From Candidatus Shapirobacteria bacterium CG_4_10_14_0_8_um_filter_39_15 (lineage in GTDB: Bacteria > Patescibacteriota > Microgenomatia > UM-FILTER-39-15), in NCBI GenBank assembly GCA_002784465.1, contig PFLE01000011.1, positions 3,966 through 67,965 of the forward strand: a stretch of DNA of 64,000 nucleotides. The letters are read 5' to 3'. Shown one piece after another: positions 8,589-16,425 of this stretch. Every line of letters starts with the position of its first letter. The stretch's first letter is position 1. Under the pieces are notes generated by a model. The model had not been told where the DNA came from. It saw only the letters and a list, made by a program, of their open reading frames with translations, and ran no database searches. Position numbers and translations under genes: made by a program.

Positions 8589-10891
8589 GACGTTTTTTTA
8601 ATTAACCGGTTTTCGGCTTCGTAAACGGTTTGTCTGACTTGATCAATAACGTCTGGATTAACCGAGATGGAAGTAATCCCCCACTCGACTAATTTATCAA
8701 CTAAATCAGGATACATACTTGGAGCTTGACCGCAAATTGAGCAGGTAACTTGATATTTATGACAGGTTTTAATCACTTTTTCAAGCGCCCATAAAACCGC
8801 CGGATCTTTTTCGCTAAAAATCGGCGCCACTTCACTGTTATCCCGATCAATACCTAAAATTAACATTGTTAGGTCGTTTGAGCCGATCGAAACGCCATCA
8901 ATGCCGATTTTGATAAAATCCTCCAGCATTATTACATTGGAAGGAATTTCCACCATAATCCAAAGTTTAAAAGTCGGCGACCTTAATAATCCCTTGGAAG
9001 CCATAATCTTTTTAACTTGGGCTAATTCCCAGGGAATATGAATAAACGGAATCATTAAATTTAAATTATCATATTTTTCTCTGACTTTTTTAATTGCGTC
9101 CAGTTCCAATTCAAAAACGTTCGGATCGGATAGATAGCGGAAGGCGCCGCGGTAGCCAAGCAAGGGATTCGGTTCTTCGGGTTCAAAGGTTTTGCCGCCG
9201 GTTAAATTCCGGTATTCATTGGTTTTAAAATCAGTGGCACGGTAAACAACCGGACGCGGATAGAATTGCTCACAAAATTTACTCAAACCGCGAAACATGT
9301 GGTCAATGAACAAATTTTGTTTCCGTTCTTCAATGAGTTTTTTCGGATGAATTCCCAATTGAGCCACCAAAAATTCGGCGCGGGCTAAACCAATCCCGTC
9401 AACATTCTTTTGCGCAATTTCCGACGCCAAATCCGGTTCGGCCAAATTAACATAAATTTTAGTGGCGGTTCTTAAAAGATTTTGAGAATGAGAATCGCCT
9501 GAAACTAAGGGAGTCAGTATTTCTGCTTTTTCCGATTGATCATTTTTACTAAAAGGTTTATAAATTTCGCCGGTTTTACCATTAACGGTGACGAACTGCC
9601 CGGTTTTTAAGACTTTGGTCGCCGTTTGAGTTCCGACAATACAGGGAACACCCAGTTCACGTGAGACAATGGCCGCGTGAGAGGTTTGACCACCCCGATC
9701 GGTAATAATGGCAACCACGTCTCTCAAAGCCGGAACAAAATCGGGAGTGGTCATTTCGGTGACTAAAATATCGCCTTTTGTCACTTTACCGATTTCTTTT
9801 GGTGAGTGAATAATTTTTACCGGACCGGTAGCGATTCCCGGACAGGCAGAAATACCAGTAAGCAAAACAGTTTTTTTCTTATTTTCTTCCTCCAGTTCTC
9901 GCTTCCCGCCTCCCGCCTCTTTGTTCTCTAACGTGGTGATGGGTCGCGTTTGTACAAAATATAATTTCCCTTTTTCAATTGCCCATTCGCAATCCTGGGG
10001 AAAGAAATAATGAGCTTGAAGTTCTTTACCGAATTTAGCAATCTTTAAAATCATTTTGTCATCAATTTTTCTTCGATCTTGCTTACTTTGGGGAACTTTT
10101 ACTTCTTTGGTAATATGGTTAATTTGAGTCAACTGAACGGTTTGGGTATTAGTTTCCGTCCCTATTATTTTCATTTCGCTTTTATTAATTAAATAGCGGT
10201 CAGGTGTTACTTGGCCTTGAACAATCATTTCTCCTAATCCCCAAACCGCTTCGATCACCATTTCGTTTTTAGCATTGGTGACCGGATTGACAGTAAACAT
10301 CACTCCGGAAACATCAGATTGAATCATTTTTTGAACCGGAACAGCCAAACCGACTTTAAAATGATCAAAATGATTCTGTTGGCGGTAGAAAATCGCCCGC
10401 GGTTCAAAAAGAGAAGCATAGCATTCCTGTACCGCGCGGACAATATTAGCTTCACCCTTGATATTTAGAAAACTTCTTTGTTGGCCGGCAAAAGATGCCG
10501 TCGGCAAATCTTCGGCCGTGGCGGAGGAACGAACAGCAACCAAAGTATGATTAATATTGTTACCTAATTTTAAATAAGATTTCATAATTTCCAAGGCCAG
10601 ATCTCGGGGAAAAATTGCTTTTTGAAAAACCTTTTTAATTTTATCGGAAACAGCCGTATAACTTGAGGGATCATCGCGATTAACTTCAGTTAAAATACTT
10701 TTTATTTTTGGTTGAAGATTATTTTGCTCAAGAAAATAAAAATATGCTTGGGAAGAAATCACGAAACCAGGGGGAACAGGAATCCCGAAGTTATACATTT
10801 CCCCCAAATTAGCACCTTTACCGCCAACCAAAGGAATATCTTCCTTATGAATTTCTTTAAACCAGGCAATATATTTTTGGGCAGTGTTCAT
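8585..10891 (-). CDS. ppsA: phosphoenolpyruvate synthase (pyruvate, water dikinase)
   Basis: PEP-utilizing-enzyme architecture with the phosphohistidine motif GGQTSHAAIVSRELGVPCIVG. 768 aa, which fits PpsA rather than PPDK. Overlaps eno by 4 nt. Confidence 0.8.
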   Translation of the reverse strand: MNTAQKYIAWFKEIHKEDIPLVGGKGANLGEMYNFGIPVPPGFVISSQAYFYFLEQNNLQPKIKSILTEVNRDDPSSYTAVSDKIKKVFQKAIFPRDLALEIMKSYLKLGNNINHTLVAVRSSATAEDLPTASFAGQQRSFLNIKGEANIVRAVQECYASLFEPRAIFYRQQNHFDHFKVGLAVPVQKMIQSDVSGVMFTVNPVTNAKNEMVIEAVWGLGEMIVQGQVTPDRYLINKSEMKIIGTETNTQTVQLTQINHITKEVKVPQSKQDRRKIDDKMILKIAKFGKELQAHYFFPQDCEWAIEKGKLYFVQTRPITTLENKEAGGGKRELEEENKKKTVLLTGISACPGIATGPVKIIHSPKEIGKVTKGDILVTEMTTPDFVPALRDVVAIITDRGGQTSHAAIVSRELGVPCIVGTQTATKVLKTGQFVTVNGKTGEIYKPFSKNDQSEKAEILTPLVSGDSHSQNLLRTATKIYVNLAEPDLASEIAQKNVDGIGLARAEFLVAQLGIHPKKLIEERKQNLFIDHMFRGLSKFCEQFYPRPVVYRATDFKTNEYRNLTGGKTFEPEEPNPLLGYRGAFRYLSDPNVFELELDAIKKVREKYDNLNLMIPFIHIPWELAQVKKIMASKGLLRSPTFKLWIMVEIPSNVIMLEDFIKIGIDGVSIGSNDLTMLILGIDRDNSEVAPIFSEKDPAVLWALEKVIKTCHKYQVTCSICGQAPSMYPDLVDKLVEWGITSISVNPDVIDQVRQTVYEAENRLIKKTS

Positions 10892-11278
10892 TTATTTTGT
10901 CATCCCAGATTTAATCTGGGATCTATACAAATTTCTCTCTTCTTCAAATTCTGTTCCTCTTTGGTAATCATCTTCCATCCTGATCGTATTGCCAACCTCC
11001 GGGGACGAGTGTTCCACGAGATCGCAATCGGTAATGGCGGTATAACGGTGTTTTTGCATCGGATTTATCTGATAACCTTTATCAGTTTCCATATCTATCT
11101 CCTTATCATCCAAAAGGAGTCTTGCTTGTCCCCGAATTAAAGTCAGGGTTTCCGTTTTCTGGTCGTGGTATTGCAGGCTGCATCTTTTTCCGGCTTCTAC
11201 ATGAAGAATTTTACCGGTATAAGGTAAATCAGGAGTGGTCAATAATATTTCGTAACCCCAGGGTTTTTCTATTTTCAT
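10892..11278 (-). CDS. cupin-domain protein (mannose-6-phosphate-isomerase-type cupin)
   Basis: WGYE...GKILHVEAGKRCSLQYHDQKTETLTLIRG is the cupin_2 pattern. Confidence 0.6.
   Translation of the reverse strand: MKIEKPWGYEILLTTPDLPYTGKILHVEAGKRCSLQYHDQKTETLTLIRGQARLLLDDKEIDMETDKGYQINPMQKHRYTAITDCDLVEHSSPEVGNTIRMEDDYQRGTEFEEERNLYRSQIKSGMTK
10899..10931. repeat. hairpin-family element H1 (GTCATCCCAGA-TTTAA-TCTGGGATCTATACAAA)
   Basis: Member of the GTCATyCC[stem-loop-stem']GGAATCTATAyAA family. It sits 8-40 nt upstream of the ppsA start codon and overlaps the last codons of the cupin ORF. Confidence 0.55.
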
Positions 11279-12048
11279 TTTATAATTTCCAGCAATCTGT
11301 CAACTAATTCTTCCCCGCCCAAATCCAATTTTCCCAAAGTAAAATAATCCGCTTCCAGTTCTTTAGGATCGGTGGAAACGCCAATACCGGCAACAGTCAC
11401 CATATCCTTATCGTTTAGTCCGTTGCCGATGGCCATGGTTTGATTAATATTCAGACCAAGATATTCTGTCAACTTGATTAAGGATGTGCCTTTGTTAAGA
11501 TTTTTAGGAGCAATATCGTAGGCCTCGCCATTCCACCAGCAATAAAACTCATTATTGGTATCATATTTTTTGACAATTTCCTCGATCTCTGGGACGGCTT
11601 TCCAACAATGAGGCGTAATTAAAAATTGCTTGGGCTCAAAACCGCGGATATCTTTATTGGTTTTTGCCAATTGTCTGATCGCTTCTTTCATTTGCTGGAT
11701 TTTATTTAATAATTCAGGGGTAAATTTTTCCTGCTGGATTACTTGGCCATCAATTAAAATAAATATTCCATTTTCTCCCTGCAAGCTGACATTTTCCCAA
11801 AGAAGTTTTCCATACATTCGTTCCAAATAAAGTAAACTTCGACCGCTGGAAAAAGTTAAATGAAATCTCTTTTTAAGAAGGATCATTTTATTTAAAAGAC
11901 TTTCAGAAAGTACGTGGGTTTTAACAGTCAAAGAATCTTCGGTTTCTTCAATTTCCGTGCCGCGTTCCACCGTTACGCCATCGCAGTCGAAACAAATAAT
12001 TTTAATATTCTTTAATTCCTCTGAAGTTAATTCGGATATTGGTTTCAT
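11275..12048 (-). CDS. HAD-superfamily IIB (Cof-like) sugar-phosphate phosphatase
   Basis: Motif I ICFDCDGV and motif IV GNGLNDKDM. The ORF-track start is TTG at 12054, and ATG at 12048 is the likelier start. Confidence 0.65.
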   Translation of the reverse strand: MKPISELTSEELKNIKIICFDCDGVTVERGTEIEETEDSLTVKTHVLSESLLNKMILLKKRFHLTFSSGRSLLYLERMYGKLLWENVSLQGENGIFILIDGQVIQQEKFTPELLNKIQQMKEAIRQLAKTNKDIRGFEPKQFLITPHCWKAVPEIEEIVKKYDTNNEFYCWWNGEAYDIAPKNLNKGTSLIKLTEYLGLNINQTMAIGNGLNDKDMVTVAGIGVSTDPKELEADYFTLGKLDLGGEELVDRLLEIIK

Positions 12049-12056
12049 AAACAATT

Positions 12057-12088
12057 GTCATTCCCGCAAAAGCGGGAATCTATATAAA
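12057..12088. repeat. hairpin-family element H2 (GTCATTCCCGC-AAAA-GCGGGAATCTATATAAA)
   Basis: Intergenic, between the stop of 12094..12774 and the HAD start. Confidence 0.55.
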
Positions 12089-12093
12089 TTATT

Positions 12094-12774
12094 TTATAGA
12101 CTAGCAACAAAAATATCAAGGTGGGAAAGCAGATTTAAGGCGTCATTGCCGGTTTTTTGATTGTAATCAATTTGCTGAAGTTCTTGATAGATTTTTTCCA
12201 GGTAATCAGGCATAAATAATCCTGCTTGCGCTTTTAATTTCGCTCCCTGCCAAGGAGCGCCTTTATAAAGATCTTCCTTGGCTAAAATCAACTGGCGAAT
12301 TTGCCGGGTCAACATAAAAAATACCAATTCCGGCGCTTCCGTTTTCTCAAGTTCTTTGAGAATCGTCAGCGGCTTAAGAGGATTGTTTGGTTTAATTGAA
12401 TCCAGAAACTTGAACAGCTGTTTGTCTAATTCAAAGGTTTCAATCTTCAATCCGTTGGGAATTGTTCTTCGGTCAACATTCTTTCCCTCCCACAAAATAA
12501 TTTCGTTATTAAATTCTTTTTTAAAAAGATACTCGGTAATTTTTTCTTTTCTTTGAGATTTTTGCGAAGTTAACAAATTTTCAACAACGATCAGTTTATC
12601 ATTGCCAAACATTGACGAAGAGCCCGTGGCCGACCTAATTTGTTCCAAAGAAACTTTAGTGCCGTCCAAATTAACAACTTCAATCTTTTTTTGTTGGGCA
12701 TTTCTAATTTTTAACGACAATGCCTGACGGCTGGTGATTAAATTTTCACCGCAAATTATGGAAATCTTATTCAT
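12094..12774 (-). CDS. putative DNA polymerase III delta subunit (short form)
   Basis: Delta-subunit-like N-terminus (ISIICGEN...LFGNDKLIVVEN), but only 226 aa, so this is a weak assignment. Confidence 0.4.
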   Translation of the reverse strand: MNKISIICGENLITSRQALSLKIRNAQQKKIEVVNLDGTKVSLEQIRSATGSSSMFGNDKLIVVENLLTSQKSQRKEKITEYLFKKEFNNEIILWEGKNVDRRTIPNGLKIETFELDKQLFKFLDSIKPNNPLKPLTILKELEKTEAPELVFFMLTRQIRQLILAKEDLYKGAPWQGAKLKAQAGLFMPDYLEKIYQELQQIDYNQKTGNDALNLLSHLDIFVASL

Positions 12775-13126
12775 ACAATTTCTTAAGCAAAATGTTTACC
12801 TTACTCATGTTTCTGATTAAATGGGAAACCAAAGCGCCGGAAAAGTTTTTGGGAATGTGCATCAGTTCGTGAATAAGGGTATACTGTTTATCTTTCTCGG
12901 ATAATCTGTCAAATTTTTCCGAGATAACTTCAATACAGTACGCGGGTTGACAACCGAGAGCGATGAGAAAGATCCTTGGAAGACCCCAGATGCGGGCACG
13001 GGCGCGGCTAGTTGAACCATGAGAACGAAAACAGAAAATACGGCGGTGATTAAGATAATCTAGACTAAGGATTTCAATAAGGTTTTTTACTTCCTTATCA
13101 ATATCGGGCGCGGGTTGCAATTCCAT
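12767..13126 (-). CDS. HExxH metal-dependent hydrolase, DUF45/YgjP-like (possibly truncated)
   Basis: ARIWGLPRIF ... LIHELMHIPKNFSGA resembles the COG1451 pattern RWGSC...HELxHL..NHS. 119 aa. Confidence 0.4.
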   Translation of the reverse strand: MELQPAPDIDKEVKNLIEILSLDYLNHRRIFCFRSHGSTSRARARIWGLPRIFLIALGCQPAYCIEVISEKFDRLSEKDKQYTLIHELMHIPKNFSGALVSHLIRNMSKVNILLKKLYE

Positions 13127-13129
13127 TGA

Positions 13130-13384
13130 TTATTCCTTTACCAAATAAACTTCATCGCCTTCTTTAACCGCCTGATCAACTTTCATTCCGACGGCATCTC
13201 CCTTTTTGGCCGATTCTATCTGCTTGTGTTCAACCTGCATTGAAGAAACCGTTTGGGTAAATTCATTGCCGTGACCGGAAATTCTAATTGTTTCTCCATC
13301 TTTCAATGTTGCCGACAATTCCAGTACCGCTACACCAATTTTATCGTAATAATGGGTAATTTTCCCGATTTTTACGTCTGCCAT
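13130..13384 (-). CDS. small hypothetical protein (EF-Tu domain-2-like beta-barrel?)
   Basis: 84-aa ORF in the operon with no diagnostic motif. Confidence 0.3.
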   Translation of the reverse strand: MADVKIGKITHYYDKIGVAVLELSATLKDGETIRISGHGNEFTQTVSSMQVEHKQIESAKKGDAVGMKVDQAVKEGDEVYLVKE

Positions 13385-13448
13385 TATTTCTCACCTCCCT
13401 TCGCAACACAGAGATCACTGAGAATTACACTAAAACACTGATTAATAT

Positions 13449-13685
13449 TCACAAAATTATCCTCTTTATTTCCAATTTACTCTTTCCAAAATTCAAAATC
13501 AAGCCTATCTTTATGTTAGTTGCCTTTAAATAGGAAATCATTTGTCTAACATGTTCATTGTTAATTTCTTTCGTTGATTTTAGTTCAAGAATAACCTTAA
13601 TACTAACTTTAGGTTGAGATTTATGAGGTATTTGATTGACAGATAACTCTGTTAACTCTGACTCCGGATATTTATTCTCGTTCAT
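13449..13685 (-). CDS. GxxExxY-family (PD-(D/E)xK-like) protein, apparently N-terminally truncated
   Basis: C-terminus ...VILELKSTKE...ISYLKATNIKIGLILNFGKSKLEIKRI matches the GxxExxY family tail. The N-terminal GxxExxY motif is absent. Confidence 0.45.
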   Translation of the reverse strand: MNENKYPESELTELSVNQIPHKSQPKVSIKVILELKSTKEINNEHVRQMISYLKATNIKIGLILNFGKSKLEIKRIIL

Positions 13686-13688
13686 ATT

Positions 13689-14294
13689 TTAGAGTTTCGG
13701 TGTAATTTCGTTCTGTGTTTCGGTGTTCTTTTTTCTGTGATTCCGTGTCACGTGTTTCTGTTTAGTCGTTTTCTGTGTTTCAGTGTTACTAGTTTCAGTG
13801 TAACCGGTTACAGTGCGACGATGGTGACAAATAGCAACTGCCAGCGCGTCGCAAACATCATCAAAATAGGTTTTTTTATGATTAGGGGCGCGGATAGAAA
13901 GTAATTTTCTAACCGTCGCTTTCATTAAGATTTTATCCGCTTTTCCCGATCCACCAACGACAAGTTTAATACTCATTGGTGCGTAATCAAAAACCGGAAT
14001 TTTCTGTTTGGCGGCGGCTAACCTGATAACACCCAGGGATTCGGATACGGCCATCGCGGTTTTAACATTGGTGGCAAAAAATAATCGCTCAATTGCCAAA
14101 ACATCCGGTTTGTGTTTTTTCAGAATGGCCAGCATCTCTTCGTGGATCGTGACTAAGCGGTTTTCGCGCAGGGAATCTTTGTCGGTTTTTATCCATCCCC
14201 AATCAATCAGTTCGTATTTTTCCGTTTTACCGTCGGTTTTAAGCACTCCAAATCCGGTAGTAGCCGTTCCCGGATCAATTCCCAAAATAATCAT
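13689..14294 (-). CDS. ruvC: crossover junction endodeoxyribonuclease RuvC, with a low-complexity C-terminal tail
   Basis: MIILGIDPGTATTGFGVLK...; the ORF-track start at 14309 lies a little upstream. The last ~40 aa (TETSNTETQKTT...) are encoded by GTTTC(N)GTGT-type tandem repeats at 13689-13810. Confidence 0.8.
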   Translation of the reverse strand: MIILGIDPGTATTGFGVLKTDGKTEKYELIDWGWIKTDKDSLRENRLVTIHEEMLAILKKHKPDVLAIERLFFATNVKTAMAVSESLGVIRLAAAKQKIPVFDYAPMSIKLVVGGSGKADKILMKATVRKLLSIRAPNHKKTYFDDVCDALAVAICHHRRTVTGYTETSNTETQKTTKQKHVTRNHRKKNTETQNEITPKL

Positions 14295-14357
14295 AAATAA
14301 TGATAGCACATAATATATCTGGTAATACGTTCGGCTTTTTAGTATAATTCAACACGA

Positions 14358-14409
14358 GGCCCCATCGTCTAGTGGTCCAGGATGCGAGGTTTCCTGCCCG
14401 CAGTGCCAA
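14358..14409 (+). other. tRNA 5'-half-like fragment (acceptor GGCCCCA, Glu-like D-arm, aberrant 8-nt anticodon loop GTTTCCTG)
   Basis: Has no T-arm. Its acceptor strand is perfectly complementary to TGGGGTC at 14531-14537. Confidence 0.4.
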
Positions 14410-14483
14410 GCCGCCATCGTCTAGCGGCCTAGGACATCTGGTTTTCAGCCAGAGAATCGGGAGTTCGAATCTCCCTGGCGGCA
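14410..14483 (+). tRNA. tRNA-Glu (anticodon TTC)
   Basis: Full cloverleaf: acceptor GCCGCCA/TGGCGGC, anticodon stem TCTGG/CCAGA with loop TTTTCAG, and T-arm GGGAG-TTCGAAT-CTCCC. Confidence 0.8.
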
Positions 14484-14513
14484 CAGCTTTGGCAGGCGGG
14501 TCAGCCTTGCAAC

Positions 14514-14540
14514 CACGGTCCGAATCCGTGTGGGGTCACC
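14514..14540 (+). other. tRNA 3'-half-like fragment (T-arm CACGG-TCCGAAT-CCGTG plus acceptor TGGGGTC-A-CC)
   Basis: Its 3' end GGGGTCACC is identical to the tRNA-Lys 3' end at 14944-14952. It pairs with the 5' fragment at 14358. Confidence 0.35.
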
Positions 14541-14568
14541 TCGCTTGGCTCGGTGCAAGCACTTTATT

Positions 14569-14847
14569 ATGTATTGGTTTGTCTATATAGTTGAGTGTAG
14601 TGATAGTTCTCTTTATACCGGCATTAGTAACGATGTAAATAAAAGAGTCTGGAAACATAATAATGGGTTAGGTGCTAAATCCATTAAGGGAAAATTACCA
14701 GTAAAACTCGTGTACATAGAAAGGCATAATAATATGCACGAGGCGGCAATTAGAGAAAGAGAAATTAAGGGGTGGAATAGATTTAAGAAACTAAGATTAA
14801 TTAACGAAATTCCTTATAAAGGGCTTAGTCCTGGGAATAAACGATGA
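14569..14847 (+). CDS. GIY-YIG nuclease-superfamily protein (YhbQ/UPF0213-like)
   Basis: WFVYIVECSDSSLYTGISNDVNKRVWKHNNGLGAKSIKGK...EAAIREREIKGW aligns to E. coli YhbQ. The ATG at 14569 is preferred to the ORF-track start at 14530. Confidence 0.75.
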   Translation: MYWFVYIVECSDSSLYTGISNDVNKRVWKHNNGLGAKSIKGKLPVKLVYIERHNNMHEAAIREREIKGWNRFKKLRLINEIPYKGLSPGNKR

Positions 14848-14878
14848 AGGGCTTGCCCTAAGGAAGGAAATGACGAAG

Positions 14879-14953
14879 GGCCCCGTAGCTCAGCGGTAGA
14901 GCAGTTGCCTTTTAAGCAATTGGTCACAGGTTCGAGTCCTGTCGGGGTCACCA
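14879..14953 (+). tRNA. tRNA-Lys (anticodon TTT), CCA encoded
   Basis: Acceptor GGCCCCG/CGGGGTC, anticodon stem GTTGC/GCAAT with loop CTTTTAA, T-arm CACAGG-TTCGAGT-CCTGT. Confidence 0.85.
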
Positions 14954-14956
14954 TAT

Positions 14957-14995
14957 CTACGTTCACACCTTTAAGGTGAACTACGTTCACACCTT
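14957..14995. repeat. REP-B element copy a (CTACGTTCACACCTTTAAGGTGAACTACGTTCACACC)
   Basis: Direct repeat of (C/T)TACGTTCACACC around a palindromic core CACCTTTAAGGTG. It lies immediately 3' of tRNA-Lys. Confidence 0.75.
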
Positions 14996-15008
14996 GGGAA
15001 TCGAATCT

Positions 15009-15686
15009 TTAATTCTTATATACGTTATTGAAGCAATTCTGGGCTTTCTGAAAACCAGCATCCTGGGCTTCTTTTTCAGTACAAAACCAACTTTCTCCTA
15101 AATTTTTTTCTACAAAAACCGCAGTATATTCACTGCATCCTGGAAAAAAATAATGTTTAATCGTCGTATTCTTAGTGATATTTCCTTTAATCAGACATTT
15201 AGGGTTATCCGGCTTTTCGGCAAAGCAGGGCGGTTCATGAATACCTCGATTATTTGCAACCGCTTCGTCATCGGCTTTTTTTAAAATTTTCCTCTTGGAA
15301 TTTGGAGTACCATCATATCTGACGAGTCCTTCTTTTAGTAAAGCCTCGTTAACCAAAACATTATTAACATAAACCAAGGCGAGTGTTCGGTTGAAAACGT
15401 CTTCGGTATTCGCCACAATCGTCACATTTTTTCCCAAAATCATTTTTTCCAAATATTGTTTGGCTTCTATTCCCCCGCATAAATTTATTTCCGGGGCCTC
15501 AATATTACTTAATCTGATTCTTTGCCAGCCGCCGATAATAATTGTATCCCCGTCAACAACATTGGTAACTTTATTCGATTCAGCCAGCTTTTGATTTTGA
15601 GAATATTGAAAGATATTTAATCCCAAAGACCCCACCAACCCCAAAGTCCCCAAAACCCCCAAAATTCCTAATTTATTTCTCTTCAT
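15009..15686 (-). CDS. secreted thermonuclease (SNase-like) with a Cys-rich C-terminal domain
   Basis: N-terminal hydrophobic segment, then VVDGDTIIIGGWQRIRLSNIEAPE, which is the staphylococcal-nuclease motif. Confidence 0.7.
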   Translation of the reverse strand: MKRNKLGILGVLGTLGLVGSLGLNIFQYSQNQKLAESNKVTNVVDGDTIIIGGWQRIRLSNIEAPEINLCGGIEAKQYLEKMILGKNVTIVANTEDVFNRTLALVYVNNVLVNEALLKEGLVRYDGTPNSKRKILKKADDEAVANNRGIHEPPCFAEKPDNPKCLIKGNITKNTTIKHYFFPGCSEYTAVFVEKNLGESWFCTEKEAQDAGFQKAQNCFNNVYKN

Positions 15687-15721
15687 AATATTCCCTTTGT
15701 CTTCCTTTATTTTCCTTATGT

Positions 15722-15754
15722 GTCATTCCGGTCATTGAGCCGGAATCTATACAA
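15722..15754. repeat. hairpin-family element H3 (GTCATTCCGGTC-ATTGA-GCCGGAATCTATACAA)
   Basis: Intergenic, about 35 nt upstream of the thermonuclease start. Confidence 0.55.
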
Positions 15755-15956
15755 CAGGATTATTGGCCGAATAAATAGCAACAAAAATAATCAATATTGT
15801 TATTCCTAAAACGAAAATCGAAACTCCAACAAGAGTACCCTTAATAATATTTTTTAGCGATATGCTTGTATCAAAAGGATCAAGAGGATAAATTTTCGCT
15901 TTCGGGTCGTAGATAAAAGTTATTTCAACGGTAGCATCTTTAAGCGGATTCTTCAT
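15747..15956 (-). CDS. hypothetical small membrane protein
   Basis: 69 aa with a C-terminal TM helix; weak call. Confidence 0.25.
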   Translation of the reverse strand: MKNPLKDATVEITFIYDPKAKIYPLDPFDTSISLKNIIKGTLVGVSIFVLGITILIIFVAIYSANNPVV

Positions 15957-16042
15957 TGGATAATTTAGTTTAATTCAGAGGGTTTGAAAATGCAAAAAAA
16001 AGAATTTTAATCTTGTTTAAAATACTTGAATATTTTTCTCCA

Positions 16043-16421
16043 TTAATTTATCCTGCTCATTAAAAACAAATTGACCCAAAAGAAAAATTTTTCAGAAACC
16101 ATATCTAAACTATCAACATTTAATGGATCAACCCATTGAAAATCTCCTTCTTCAGATGACGGAAGAGAAATAATGTTGGGAAGATTGCCAATAAAGTTAA
16201 CATGAACCCATTCAACGCTTCCTGACGGAACTACGGATTGGGTCACCCCATATGGTCTAAGACTCTCCGGGTTCTACCTTTCCCCCAATTCCAGAATATT
16301 TGCCGGGATTAACCTTTTTTGTCATCGGTCTTTTAACCAGCAAAACTTTTCCTTGAGAAAAAACAAGGATATTAACACTTAAAATCGTCTTATAATCCAT
16401 ATACTTCTGTAAGTCACTCAT
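16043..16421 (-). pseudogene. Nudix hydrolase pseudogene (frameshifted; Nudix box lost)
   Basis: One frame gives MSDLQKYMDYKTILSVNILVFSQGKVLLVKR...PGKYSGIGGKVEPGES and then a stop. The downstream frame (ORF-track 16043..16246) continues with a Nudix-like C-terminus. REx2EE is absent. Confidence 0.45.
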
Positions 16422-16425
16422 ATCT

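Noticed and set aside
8585-10891. Pyruvate phosphate dikinase (PPDK) instead of PEP synthase
   Set aside because: The domain order fits both. The 768-aa length matches PpsA (~790 aa) better than PPDK (~870 aa). This stays a family-level call.
14008-14313. 101-aa plus-strand ORF
   Set aside because: It is antisense to ruvC and has no motif.
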